Below are positions 33,931-55,059 of a stretch of 64,000 bases of DNA, in pieces. Numbering within the stretch: position 1 is the stretch's first letter; every line of letters starts with the position of its first letter. A program made the position numbers and the translations under genes. The notes beneath the pieces are model-generated. The model ran no database searches. It saw only the letters and a list, made by a program, of their open reading frames with translations, and was not told where the DNA came from. Where the stretch lies: assembly GCF_009914755.1 (NCBI RefSeq), contig NC_060927.1, one strand, 5' to 3'. The stretch is from the human T2T-CHM13v2.0 reference genome, Homo sapiens.

Positions 33931-36799
33931 AAGCTTTTTCAGTAGACCAGTAGGGATGCATAGATATGTGCAGAAAGGGTATAGCTCTATCAATAATATT
34001 CATATGCACCTTTATATTTTTTAAATTGCGATGATACATGAAATATTATTACTAAACCATATTATAACAATGAATGGTATAGAGGTATCTTTATTTTAAA
34101 AAAAGGTTTTAGTGGTAACGTTAGCTTGTAAGTTTTAACAAATGCAAAAAAATTCCACGTAACTCCATTATTGCCTAAGTCCTGTATAATTAGTACTTGA
34201 AAGGGCACAGTATTTAAGAACATGGAATTCCTGGAAATTGCCCTGCATTCTTTCTTCCTCCCTTCCACCTCTTGAATCTGAGCTGGAGTGTTTCCTAGTT
34301 ATACCAAGTGCATCAATGGGGAGATTAAGTCTTTTTAAAGTAAATATACAATAGACAGGTTCACAGAGGTAGTTAGGCTCAGTGAGGATTTCTGAAAGGA
34401 TTGTGCTTTTCTTTCAGGTTTCCACGTGATTTGAAGAGGGTTCTCAAAAAACAAACAATAATTATTTTAAAACCCATAAAATAAAATGAACAAATAAAAA
34501 CCCCAGGGTGTTACAATGCCAGCAGTGATAATTATTCATGTTTCCCTTATATTACAAGATGAAAACAAGTTAATTTCATCCTCTAACACACAGGCCGCCC
34601 TTCTGAAACCTGAGGAGAGGATCTGCTTCAAAGTTTATTGCCTCAAAAGCTGACAGGCCCAGAGCCTTGGAATTCAAAGCTCGCCCATAATCTCTAGAAA
34701 CAGATTACAAAATCAAAGGGAAGCCAGGTTGATTGCAGAAATCAACTGCCCTCTGCCTTTCAGGCAGGAGACGATGGTTTTCCAATCTGGTGAAAGATGA
34801 TGAGGCGGTTCATCCAACAGGTGAGGTGGGTGTTGATAAAGATTAAATTTTAGAAAGGCTACATTCCTTAGTTCAAAGAAAAAGAAACTCACGGCAAGGG
34901 AGGAGGGCTAACAGGAGAACTCAAAAACATCACTGGGTTTGAAATTAGGCAGGAACTCAAAGTTAAAGTCAAATGTGTCTTAAAATCTTAGAGAAGAAAA
35001 AATTACTTAAGATGTTAAAAACGCTAAAGATGAATAAAGTAAATTGAAAATTACTGCCAACTCCTCTGACATCCCACGACCCACCTTTGCATCATCAGAA
35101 CCTCAGACAAGTCACCTGAAAAATATTTCAGACACCAACTTTTCAATTTATTAAATGGAAGTTCAGCAGACAGAAAAACCTACAGCAGATATTCTTAGGG
35201 AAGCAGCTAAATAACTTTCTACTTTAGAAGGGTTATTAAGTATTAAAAATGCTGAAATGAGGAACTGAGCAAGACAAGTACCAGGCTCAGACAGCTCCAG
35301 AAGAGTGGGGAGCAAATATCCAACTCACCTGTGGACTTTTCCACCTACACAAGTGGCCCCAATACAGTTCTGGTGGAGGAGGGTGACGGTGCGGTGAAGG
35401 AGTGGGCTCTAGCAAAATCTTGTTCCAGGAAGAGAAGAGAACGCATGCTTTGGCAAAGGCCCATATTCTTTTAAAACCCTCAGCCCCTACCTCACCTTCC
35501 ATTGAACAATCACTGTTCTAGAAATCCCGGGCAACAAATTTTGAGTCCTAATACTGACTGCCAAAGTTCTTTGACTCATTCACGGAGTTTACTAAACAAT
35601 ACATTATTCAGGTGTAACACTATTTGCCCAGTTCTCTGCAATTTCATTTGATGAAATTTAATTAAGACTTAAAAAGAACTCCAGGATTTCAAGCCTGAAG
35701 TGTAAAAGCTGTTTTGGAAGTGCCGTCTGCCCAGGACAGAACATTGCTTTTACTCTCAACCACGGCAACAGAGGTAACATTATAGGTACCGGGCAAGCCA
35801 ACACTTGAGAGAAGGATCTCCTCAAAGAGAGAGGTAACGGGACACTTCAGTGGGTTTCCATGACTGTCATGGATAAAAAAAGAGAACCAGAGAAGTGAGT
35901 CAGATGATGTGGCTGAATGCACAAAGGTAATATGAACAGTATCAAGTCCTGGTGCCACACCCTCATGGCTAATTTAACTGGGTTATAAATTCAATCAATA
36001 GGTCACCGGGTTCAGGTGCCACACAGGACATCTCATTTTTGTCTTTGGCTTCTTGGCTCAGTTGACCAAGACACCAGGCTAATGAGGTGAATTCTAGGTT
36101 TTGATTACCAAGTAGGAGAACAGAATCAAAGATAGTTTTGGGGCTCGCAAGGGAAATTAGTGAAAATATGATTCCTTTTTTTTTTTTTTTTTTTTTTTGC
36201 AGATGATGGGAGGCAATGAGGATCAGGAAGATGAAGTGTAATGTCCAATCCCCTTGAACATGGCAACTCTGGACTCCCTGTCCAGTGCTCTTTCCACTCT
36301 ACCATGCACTAGTTAACTTTTTATGACTGCAGTGCAAATTCTTATCAGGAATCCTCCAAAGGTATGTTTTTGGTAAAAACTGGAAACAGGTGAGGCTGTG
36401 GAAAAATGAATCCAAAGGCTATCTCCACTGTTGCTGGGACTGTATGTTATCAACATACACTCTCAAAGTAGAGTGGGAAAATATTTCTTAAGACTGATTC
36501 TGCTCTTCCCATATGGATCAGTACTTCATGGAAACTTATCTGTGCTACAGCAATGAATATTAATACTGTGGTCATAAATACTTAGGATTTAGACATACTT
36601 GAGAAACTACTGGGACACCTCAGTTTGTTTCCAAGCCTACTGCTAATTATCTATTTTAAGTAGAAGTCTTTAAAATTAACTTGTAGAACACCAACAAATA
36701 AATGTAGAAGAAATGAAAAAGAAAGAAAATTACCCTTGCACCTCTCTAGTACTAATTGATTCAGGCAATAATCTTCAATAAATAAAAACAGTTTATTGA

Positions 36800-37402
<603 letters not shown>

Positions 37403-37419
37403 AAAACCCACAACTTTTG

Positions 37420-38385
37420 AGTGAAAGTTTGATGAGAAACAGGACAGGATATTAATGTAATCACAAATACCTCTCCATAGATTACTTATTAATCACAAAA
37501 GGGAAAACAGTAACTCTTCCAAGGGGAAGCTGACACATACCATCTTAACCCTGTGATGAGATATTGCCAATAATGGGATAGATCAGCTTCATGAGCCTCC
37601 TGATCATAAGGTATGCATGGAGGATTACACAACCCCACCTATCCAAGAAATGAAAATGTTTCACAACTGGAAACTGGGGGCTGGGAAAGGTCTGATTTGT
37701 AGCATTAGTTGATGTCGGCAGTGTAAATACTCCCACCATGGCTGATTTCAGGTTACCAATATAACATCACAGAACACAGAGGTGGAAAGAGATGTGAGAA
37801 TTAGCTCTCAAGAGATGGTACAAGCTAGCTCCAGCACACCATGGTGTGGCATTCCTGTCAAAAATGCATTACTAGATCCAGTCATGAGGAACCATGAGAC
37901 AGATCCAATCTGAGGGATATTCTGTAAAACATCTGGCTCATGCTCTTCCAAAATGCCAATATGATGAATATGAAAAAAGAGGTTCCAACGTACAGGAGAC
38001 TGAAGAATCGTAACAACTAAGTGCAGCATGCTATCCCAGATCAGGAGGAAATATTACAAGGACGTTACTGGGACAACTGGACTGTATATTAAATAAATAG
38101 TAGAGGTTCAATGTTAAATTTTCTGAATGTGATCATTATAATTAGGTCATATATGGGATGTCCTTGATTTTAGGAAATATACAATGAAAATATTTAGGGA
38201 TAAACAGGTATGATGTCTGTAACTTACTCTCAAGTGGGTCAAAAAATTTACATATGAAAGGAGAAAGTGCAAATGGAGCCAAATGTTAAAAACTGGTAAA
38301 TTTGGCTTGGCAGACATACTAACAGCTTTTGGTACTATTCTTTCAACTCTTCTGTAAGTTTGAAATTGTCTCATAATAAAAGTTT
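37420..38385 (+). mobile_element. L1MC-type 3' region with a MER63-like insertion (about 37650-37845)
   Basis: GATTACTTATTAATCACAAAAGGGAAAACAGTAAC...CTATTCTTTCAACTCTTCTGTAAGTTTGAAATT; insert GTGTAAATACTCCCACCATGGCTGATTTCA...GCTCCAGCACACCA. Confidence 0.65.
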
Positions 38386-38943
38386 GAAGCCGGGTCCAGT
38401 GAGTGGTATATGCCTGTAGTCCTAGCTACTCAGGAGGTGGAGTGGGGAGGATCGCTTGAGCCCAGGAATTCAAGGCTGCAGTGAGCTGTGATTGTGCCAC
38501 TGCACTCCAGCTTGGGTGACAAAGCAAGACCCCATCTCTTAAAAAAAAAGTTTGCAAAAAGAAAAATATAGACATATATTCCTGGAGTGGTGGATATCTG
38601 TTTTGACTGGCAAGTACCCTTCTCTTTTTTTGAGCAGACAATTCCATTATCTTGGATAATTACTTCTTTCCCTATGGCTCTAGTAGAAACACATCATCAA
38701 TTTTTTGGGGGAGGATGGAAACTGCTCCAAGGACCCACTCCAGGATTTTCTGAATTAGACCAAAGGGAAGAAAGTTCTCTCTCTCTTTCTCTGGGGGCAA
38801 AGTTGGGAAGATGTGATCTAGAGGAAATCGATGACCACAGATGGAAAGGAGCTACTTGATGTTGGTAGTCAACTGTATCCACTGCTGAGCAGAGTCAGAC
38901 TTCAAAGCTTTTACAGTTCAAAAATTGACAAGAATGATACTCA

Positions 38944-39240
<297 letters not shown>

Positions 39241-39917
39241 TCACATCTCATTTCTCCTGAGGATAGATCTACATGGAGGTAGGAATATGCTGGGTCAGAC
39301 AAATCCACACTGTTTTTGTTTGTTTGTTTTTGAGATGGAGTCTCACTCTGCCTCACAGGCTGGAGTGCAGTGGCATAATTTCAGCTCACTGCAACCTCTG
39401 CTGCCCGGGTTCAAGTGATCCTCTCACCTCAGCCTCCTGATCAACTGGGATTACAAGCACACGCTACCACACCCAGTTGATTTTCGTATTTTTAGTAGAG
39501 ATGGGGTTTCACCATGTTGGCCAGGCTGGTCTCGAACTCCTGACTTCAAGTGATTCGCCTGCCTTGGCCTCCCAAAGTGCTGGGATTACAGGTGTGAGCC
39601 ATGGCCCCTGGCCACCCGCACTGGTTTTTATGCAATTAGGCTGGTGGTGGAGGAGCCATGCCAACACTGAAGACCTCTACTACCCTACAAGGCAATTATT
39701 CCTAAGCCATAGAAACATATTCCTCTGTGCTGATGCCTATTTTCCAGGAGTTACTCTGCCCCCTAGAAAGCCAGGCCATAGCTACTACATTTGCACCCCA
39801 CTCCTACTCACATCCTTTGGGTACATCATTTTCTCCCTTTTTGTCCAAGCTAGTTGTTAGAGGTAATCTTTATGGGGGATGGTCTCAGTGATATAATGCC
39901 CATTCATTCTTCTAGAT

Positions 39918-40123
39918 CAGGGTTTTATAACCTCAGCACAACTGATATTTTGAGTGAGAGAATTCTTTATTGTGAGGCTGCCCTGGGCATTATAAGGTGG
40001 TAGGCAGCATCCCTGGCCTCTACTCACTAGGTGCCAATAGCAGCCTACCCCTGGCTGTGACAACTAAAAACATCTGTAGACACCACCAGATGTCCTCAGA
40101 ATGGCCCCTACTTGAGAACCACT
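39918..40123. mobile_element. MER20
   Basis: CAGGGTTTTATAACCTCAGCAC...GCAGCATCCCTGGCCTCTAC...TTGAGAACCACT. Confidence 0.75.
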
Positions 40124-40565
40124 TCTCTAGGTTCTCTAAGTTTTATTCTTGGGTTAGGCTAGAATAATCAGAAACCTATATAAAGCATAAGGGCTCATCC
40201 AGGTAAAATTGCCTTTTTGGAACTGTATTCTGGCATTACTCCACTGGCTTATGTTGAAAAACAATATAAGTAACAACCCTCAGAACTCATTATTTTAATA
40301 CTTCCAGTGTGTTGTTGAGAACACTGTTTATTACACAATATGATATCCCATTGGGAGGACCCATGGAAGAAGTTTCTGATTTTTCATATCGATATTGACT
40401 GTGCCCCTTCTGAGCAGCTCCTTTCTTTTTACCTTAATGACCACTCTGAGTTATGTAAGTGATTGTAACTCCCTCTTTACTGTGGCTCTTAAGAGAAGTT
40501 GAATTATAAATTTGTGGGCTAAATGCTTTATACTAACCATGCTAAATATTTTATACTAACCTTAA

Positions 40566-41287
<722 letters not shown>

Positions 41288-41907
41288 TGAGGTACATACA
41301 ATAAAATGCACAAGTCTCAGTGTACAGCTCAATACATTTTGACATGTGTTTGTTACTCATGTAATCATCACCCAGAACAAGATAGCAAAATCAAACATTT
41401 TCACTAATGTTTTCATCTTAGGGAAACATATATATTTCTATAAACTATATCAAATCAATACAATTATTTTGCTAGTTAAAAAAGTATAAATCCTGAAAAA
41501 CAATTTCAATTTGCAGTTTTTTTTTCAATATCACCTTTACTGGTTTGAGCAATTTAAAAATTACTAACCAATTTGAATATTTCCCTTGCAAATGCATATT
41601 ATTTACTATTACCCATATGTGAAATGAGCCTTTGTTTACTTGCCTATTTGAGAACCTCTGTTTGATCTGAGTTGCGTATACATTACTAATATTATTAACT
41701 CTCTGTCTTATCTACTAGGTACAAATTATGTCCTTCAATCTGTTCTCCTTTGACATGCCCTTCTCCTAGTCTGTGAAGTCTGATTGGACTGGGACCTATC
41801 TCCCCACTGGAAGAACCTGTGGGGCCATGAGAAAGTTATTTTTTCTGAAACTCAGCTCCTCATCTGCAAAATAGAAGATAATGTTAACTTTACCAAGTTG
41901 TTTGGAG

Positions 41908-42429
41908 CAGCAGTCCTCAGCCTTTTTGGCACCAGGGACCAGTTTTGTAGAAGACAATTTTCCCACGGACCAGGGTTGGGGGATGGTTTCGGGATAATTC
42001 AAGTACATTACATTTATTGTACACCTTATTTCTATTATTTTTACATTAATGAAATAATCATACAATTCACCATAATGTAGAATCAGTGGGAGCCCTGAGC
42101 TTGTTTTCCCGTAACTAGACCATCCCACCTGGGGGTGATGGGAGACAGCGACGGATCATCTGGCACTAGATTCTCAAAAGGAGTAGGCAACCTAGATTCC
42201 GTGCATGTGCAGTTCACAATAGGGTTTATGCCCCTACGAGAATCTAATGCTGCTGCTGATCTGACAGGAGGCAGAGCTCAGGCATTGATGCGAGTGATTG
42301 GGAGCGGCTGTAAATACAGATGAAGCTTCTCTCGTTCACCCACCCGCTGCTCATCTCCTGCTGTGTGGCCCGGTTCCTAACAGGCCATGGACTGGTAGCA
42401 GCCTGTGGCCTGGGGGTTGGGGACCCCTG
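41908..42429. mobile_element. MER1A (hAT-Charlie), near full length, inserted in a MIR
   Basis: CAGCAGTCCTCAGCCTTTTTGGCACCAGGGACCAGTTTTGTAGAAGACAATTTT...GGGGGTTGGGGACCCCTG. Confidence 0.85.
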
Positions 42430-43087
42430 GTATAAAAGCATTCAATAAAGGATGAATGTAAAGCATTTGTCACAAAGCCTAGCATCCAAAGACTCTCTTA
42501 ATGTTATTCTCCACACTAATGTTCGCCATGTTGCTTCTTAAATTCATATGTCTGTTTTTAGATTCTCTCCTTTGCTCTGGGTCACTGTTCAAGTTTTATA
42601 TAGTTCCATAACATTTAATCACTGTTCATTACAATATGTGTCAATATCTGATAGGATAAGTGCTTTAATTTTCCATATGAATCTTTGACATCCTCTTATT
42701 TTCAAAGAAATTTTAAATTGATCTTGTCAGGTTTAAAAAAGAAATAATAATTTGTCTTCCTCTTTGCAACCATAGCACATTTCTATTGAAATCACTTTTT
42801 TAAATTTGTTTTAGAAATGGGGTCACCCAGGCTAATGTGGAGTGGTGCAATCACTACTTACTGTAACATCAAATTCATGTGCTCAAGAGATCCTTTGGCC
42901 ACAGCCTCCTGAGTAGGTGGGACTACAGGCACTGGCCACCATGCCTGGCTAATGAAATCGCTTTATAGTGATCATAAAGTTTTGTGATATACCTACAAAT
43001 ATCACACTCGTCCTATGTGAAGATTAATATTCAGTATTTTACATTTTGCTACACAAATGTATAGCAAACGCTTTTTTTTCATCCTAT

Positions 43088-44369
43088 TGAGAGGTGACAA
43101 CGTGCTAGCAGCCCTCGCTCGCTCTCGGTGCCTCCTTGGCCTCGGTGTCCACTCTGGTCTCGCTTGAGGAGCCCTTAAGCCCACCGCTGCACTGTAGGAG
43201 CCCCTCTCTGGGTTGGCTGAGGCCAGAGCTGGCTCCCTCTGCTTGCGGGGAGGTGTGGAGGGAGAGGCGCCAGCGGGAACCAGGGCTGTGCACCGTGTTC
43301 GCGAGTTCGCGAGTCAGCACGAGTTCCGGGTGGGCGTGGGCTCGGCAGCCTCTGCACCCGGAGCGGCTGGTCGTCGCCGCCAGCCCTGGGCAGTGAGGGG
43401 CTTAGCACCCAGCCAGCAGCTGCGGAGGGTGCACCGGGTCCCCCAGCACTGCTGGCCCACCTGCGTCGCGCTCGAATTCTAGCCCAGCCTCAGCCACCTC
43501 CCCATGGGGCAGGGCTTGGGACCTGCAGCCCGCCATGCCTGAGCCCCCCCTTGGTGGGCTTCCACATGGCCCAAACCTCCCCAATGGGCGCCGCCTGGTC
43601 CCATCGACCGCCTAAGGGCTGAGGAGTGCAGGTGCGTGGTGCGGGACTGGCGGGAAACTCTGCCCGCAGCCCCAGCACGGGATCCACTAGGCGAAGCCAG
43701 ATGGGCCCCTGAGTTAAGTAGGAACTTGGAGAACTTTTATGTCTAGCTGGAGGATTGTAAAAGCAACAATCAGCACTCTGTGTCTAGGTAAAGGTTTGTA
43801 AATGCACCAGTCAGTGCTCTGTGTCTAGCTAACCTAGTAGGCACTTGGAGAACTTTTATATCTAGCTAGAGGATTGTAAATACACCAATCAGCACTCTGT
43901 GTCTAGCTCAGGGACTGTAATCGCACTAATCAGTACCCTGTCAAAACGGACCAATCAGCTCTCTGTAAAATGGACCAATTAGCTCTCTGTAAAATGGGCC
44001 AATCAGCAGGATGTGGGTGGGGTCAGATAAGGGAATAAAAGCAGGTTGCCAGAGCCAGATTTCGCAACCTGCTTGGGTCACTTTTCACACTGTGGAAGGG
44101 TTGTTCTTTTTGGTCTTTGCAATAAATCTTGCTGCTGCTCACTCTTTGGGTCCACACCACCTTTAAGAGCTGTAACACTGCTGGCGAAGGTCTGCATTTT
44201 CATTTATGAAGCCAGTGAGATCATGAATCCACCAGAAGAAAGAAACTCCGAACATCAGAAGGAATGGACTTTGGACACACCATCTTTAAGAACTGTAACA
44301 CTTATCACGAGGGTCCACGGCTTCATTCTTTAAGTCAGTGAGACCAAGAACTCACCAATTCTGGACACA
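43088..44369 (+). mobile_element. Solo LTR12-family (ERV9) LTR, antisense to FRMD4B
   Basis: Starts TGAGAGGTGACAACGTGCTAGCAGCCCTCGCTCGC and ends CCAATTCTGGACACA. 4-bp TSD CTAT (43084-43087 and 44370-44373). GC/CpG-rich U3 and tandem CCAATCAGC repeats. Confidence 0.95.
43880..44126 (+). promoter_or_regulatory. LTR12 promoter module: CCAAT (NF-Y) boxes, GT box, GATA, TATA-like AATAAAA, then polyA signal
   Basis: CCAAT at 43885, 43951, 43975 and 43999; GGGTGGGG and GATAAG follow; AATAAAA at 44034; AATAAA at 44121. Confidence 0.75.
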
Positions 44370-44645
44370 CTATTATCTGATTATTAACATGCAGGATTAT
44401 GACTGCTTTTAGTGTATTTAACTTGTAACCAATGTCTCACCAAAGCTAATAATGTTAACTTTTAGCTAATTTATTTCCATTTTCTAGGCTTATAGTAAAA
44501 TTGTCTCCAAGTAATATTTTTGTGTAGTTCTTTGCAATGTCCGTGGTATATCTGGTTGCATTACATGAAACAGACTTTATATCTTACTGCACACTTCATA
44601 CGTGGCTGGTGGACTCTAAGTTGGTATTGTTTTTGTTTTCTTTGA

Positions 44646-49599
<4,954 letters not shown>

Positions 49600-49609
49600 T
49601 GAAAAATAG

Positions 49610-50460
49610 TTTTTAAAAATGAAGATGGAGAAGAAGGAAAAATTATTCTTTACGTATGAATGCTAACTAAGAAATGTTGAAGGTGATTCAATTAGAAACT
49701 TAGATTTTGCAATGACCATAGTACTAACTGACTTAGGTAAGATCACCACTGGAGGCCAAGATCATTGGGTCAAAGACTGTTAAGAAACAGGATAGTCAAG
49801 TAGCCTCAAAGTGTCAATTCCAGAAAACTTAATTACAAAGGAAAAGGTGACTTCAGAATAATCTGGCAGATACCACCTCAACTCAAACAAGACAGACTAA
49901 CATTGCATACCTCCTTGTGAGATGCAACTGAGGCCATTTCATCATCTATAGAGTGTTCGTGCCATGAGAAAATTATTAGACTAGTGATTCTAAAACTTTG
50001 GTGTATTGCAGATACCTGGAGAACTAATAAAGAATACAGAGCCCCAGGCTCATCAAAGTATTAATAGGATAGAAAGAGATAGGACAGGGTGTAGGTTTCT
50101 GTGTTTTCACCATGTTCCCAGATGTTTCTGATTCATGTCCAACATGACATGTGTTTGGAACCAGTGAGTTAGAGAAATCCATATTTCACAAATTGAGAGA
50201 TCTTCTAAGGCAGCTGCCCTATACTCTTCAGAAATACCAGTGTAATACAAGCCAAAGGAAGACTGGCCTGCTCTTGATTATAAAGGAGACTTTAGAGTTA
50301 TACCCACTAAATGCAATGTGTGACCCTGAATTGGCTCTAGGACCAGAAAAGGGTGGGAAAGACTAGAAACAACATTAGCTATCAGAGCAATTTGAATAAA
50401 GACTGTATATTAAACACAATTTGTGAACTATGGTTATTAATTTCATAAAACTGTAACCTC
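49610..50460 (+). mobile_element. L1MC-like remnant with an embedded MER5-like element (about 49980-50170)
   Basis: CTTAATTACAAAGGAAAAGGTGAC, AATCTGGCAGATACCACC and CTAAATGCAATGTGTGACCCTGAATTGG. Confidence 0.55.
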
Positions 50461-50539
50461 CACATGGGCAGAGATATCTTTAACTCACTACTGCACACCC
50501 AGCACCTATATAGGCCTAGCACATAGAAAATATTTAGTA

Positions 50540-50551
50540 CATATATATATA

Positions 50552-50620
<69 letters not shown>
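50540..50620. repeat. Compound (TA)n(TG)n(TA)n(GA)n microsatellite next to a truncated Alu (-50645-50862)
   Basis: Direct reading. Confidence 0.92.
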
Positions 50621-50622
<2 letters not shown>

Positions 50623-50753
50623 TCTGTCTGTCCCCCCAGTCTATCTCTGCCTCCCGGGTTCAAGTGATTCTTGTGCCTTAGCCTCCCAGGTAGCTTGAAT
50701 TACAGGCATGCACCACCATGCCTGGCTAATTTTTGTACTTTTAGTAGAGATGA

Positions 50754-50879
<126 letters not shown>

Positions 50880-51877
50880 TGAATTAATCTATACCTTTTA
50901 AAAAACTAAACCTTTTGATGACAATGTTCTACCAGAAGATGCTGCAAAACATATCATCAGGACTATGAACTTTCCTCCCAATTCTTATTTTTACTTCTCT
51001 CCTATTCTGAAGTCTTGAGTCTCTACTTCATTCCCTCTAAGCCCAGGAAGAATGAGGCTGTCACAAGGTCAAATATCAGAGACTGGCTCCACCATTCTGC
51101 CAATATCTGAATCCTCCTTATAAACTTTTGTGCCAACATATTTTCAAAGTAAGGGAGTGAGTGTTTATGAGACTGCCCTGGAAATGAGAGGTGTGGCGAT
51201 CTATGGCTAAATTGTTAGGCGATGCAAGACAGGCAGGCAGCCTAAATAGGTCAGGCTCTGCCAATAGGCATGGAGGTTCCAGGGCACCCACATCTGATAC
51301 ATATACAGGGAGACAATTGGAGAACAGATGAATAACCAGTATTAAACAAACACTTAGAACCAAGCTCTCAACTTCTGTACTTACCCTTCCACATTATAAG
51401 ATTACATACACAACAGATTTTAATTACAGCATTCTAATTGCTTAAACGCACCCTGGCACCAATGTACAATGACAATTTGAATTAGTAGCAGCAGGGCGTT
51501 CTGATGCAAAACTATTTTTTCTCTATTTAGAAAAAAGAAAAAATGCAAGGTGCTTAAAAGATAATCAAGGATTTTAGAGGAAGAAAGGATGAATCAGGAG
51601 GAAGAAAATTACAGTCATGATGTTAAAAGTAAGCCTTTGACTAAAGAAGCCCTGGTAAAGTAGGTATCCTATCTGGCTGTTTTGCATGAATAAATATGCA
51701 GAGATACTTTCATTTTCAGGATAACATCTTCCATCTAATTGAACTGCTCATTTATTACTATTTTTGCTATAGGGAATACCATGTTTAAAATATTTTCACC
51801 AACATTCTTCTTGTATAATTGTGGTTATATATGATCAAGTACTTCTTATAGATGAGAATTTTTTTTTTTTTTTTTGA

Positions 51878-52237
<360 letters not shown>

Positions 52238-52880
52238 TAAGTGCTTATTATCTGTTCCAAGAGCTTTGGATATATATTAATTCATGGGTCCTGTGAGGAG
52301 GTAATGTTATCACCCTCCCCCTTCATAGGTGGGGAGACTGAAGCTTAGGAAGATAGAATAGGCTGTTGCTTAAAGCCACCCAGCCTGTAGGTGATGGAGC
52401 TGAGATTTAAAGCTGGACAGTTAGGAATCCCCTACCTCTGATACCCGCTTCCCCCATGTCATGCATCAAGCCAAACTATGGACGGTCTCTCCAAGGGGTG
52501 TATAAACAATCTTGGCTGGTGTCCAACACCCCTGAATTACTGACTTCACTTCAACCAAGAGTAAACTGTATTCTTTTTTGTTTGTTTGTTTTGAGACAGG
52601 GTCTTGCTCTGTCGCTTAGGCTGGAGTGCAGTGGCACGATCTCGGCTCAAGCGATTCTCGTGCCTCAGCCTCCCAAGTAGCTGGGACTACAGGCATGCAC
52701 CATCACACCTGGCTAATTTTTGTATTTTTATTAGAGACAGGGTTTCGCCATGTTGGCCAGCCTGGTCTTGAACTCCTGACCTAAAGCGATCTGCCCGCCT
52801 CAGCCTCCCAAAGTGCTGGGATTACAGGCGTGAACCACTGTGACCGGCCTCATGTCTTCTTTATAAATTTAAAGTTGTAA

Positions 52881-53180
<300 letters not shown>

Positions 53181-53547
53181 TAATCATGAAATGGAAGTCT
53201 TCTATTCATTCAATTTCTTCTTTCTGAAAAATATAAAGATAGCCCTTCAAACCTCCTCCTTAGGGCTCTTAGGCATGTGAAACACTGCAGGAAGGAAAAT
53301 GACATCTGCTTCTACTGTGTGTGAGAAAAATAGATGACAGATAGATGACAGATGTACAGGTAAATAGGTAGAAAGATGGACAGAAATAGTTGGTATGGAT
53401 AAGTTTGGTTTTGTAAGTTTCTTTGCCATATTTCTTTTGAAATACAAGATTTGTGTCTTTAAGGAGATCAACCAAGCATTTTCTTTTTTTCTTTTTTTCT
53501 TTTTCTTTTTTTTTGAGACGGAGTCTCGCTCTCTCTCCAGGCTATAG

Positions 53548-53730
<183 letters not shown>

Positions 53731-54607
53731 TGATCTGCCCACCTCGGCCTCTCAAAGTGCTGGGATTACAGGTGTGAGCCACCGTGCCCAGCCCCAACCA
53801 AGCATTTTCAAAAGCAGGAAACATACAAATAAATTTGATTTATTTTAAAAAACTGAAAAATATATATTATGAAACATTTTCATTCACTGGTGCTCAAATT
53901 CCTAGTTTATAAAATTTTGTATTTTCAGCTGAATGGACCATCTGCCTCCTCCACTTTCCTTTCAAGCATTTATCGTAGTATTTTTATATGTCTTTTTTTG
54001 AGTCACAATTTAGCTGTAATGCAATTCTTGTAGCCCATTTCTGAGACCATGGTGTACCAAAAATATCAGTAGTAGGCTTAAATGTTTTAGGATAATTCAT
54101 ATTAAATCACACCATTATGAAATACAAGTCTTCCAACTGGATTTTTAGTAGCTTGTCTTGACGTATTCCACAAATATTTGAGTGTCTACTTGGGCTGGCG
54201 ATATACCAGTGAACAAATAATTCAGCCTTTGTAAATTTACCCTGGCTAGTGCCAACTGGAGGGCATTTTCCTTGTCCTCTGCTTTATGACTATGTCCTTG
54301 TACATCTTTGGGCCTCAGTTTTTTATCTATGAAAAGGAGGAACAATGATCTTCTCCTTTACCCTCTTAGGGAGGTGACAGCCAAAGATCACAGCACGATG
54401 AAAAGGTCCTGAGGACATGGGGTTAAAGATGACAGGTATAACGAGCTATTATTAGGAAAACTTTGATTTTCACAAATGCACAAGGCAGTATATATCTTAA
54501 TGCTCATATTAAAGACAAACATAATTTGAATGTCAGAAAAACATGTGGAAAACCAGTGAAATAGAGATAGGTGAAATATTCATTATAAAACTTTCAATAG
54601 TCCTTTA

Positions 54608-55059
<452 letters not shown>

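Noticed and set aside
35689-35958. 89-aa non-repeat ORF
   Set aside because: No recognisable homology and no convincing splice sites; the length is compatible with chance.
43730-44010. Regularly spaced direct repeats that superficially resemble an array
   Set aside because: These are the known LTR12 U3 tandem enhancer repeats; the DNA is eukaryotic and there is no CRISPR.
43002-44333. GC-rich overlapping ORFs and a CpG-island-like stretch
   Set aside because: Almost wholly inside the LTR12; not a host-gene promoter or a protein-coding region.
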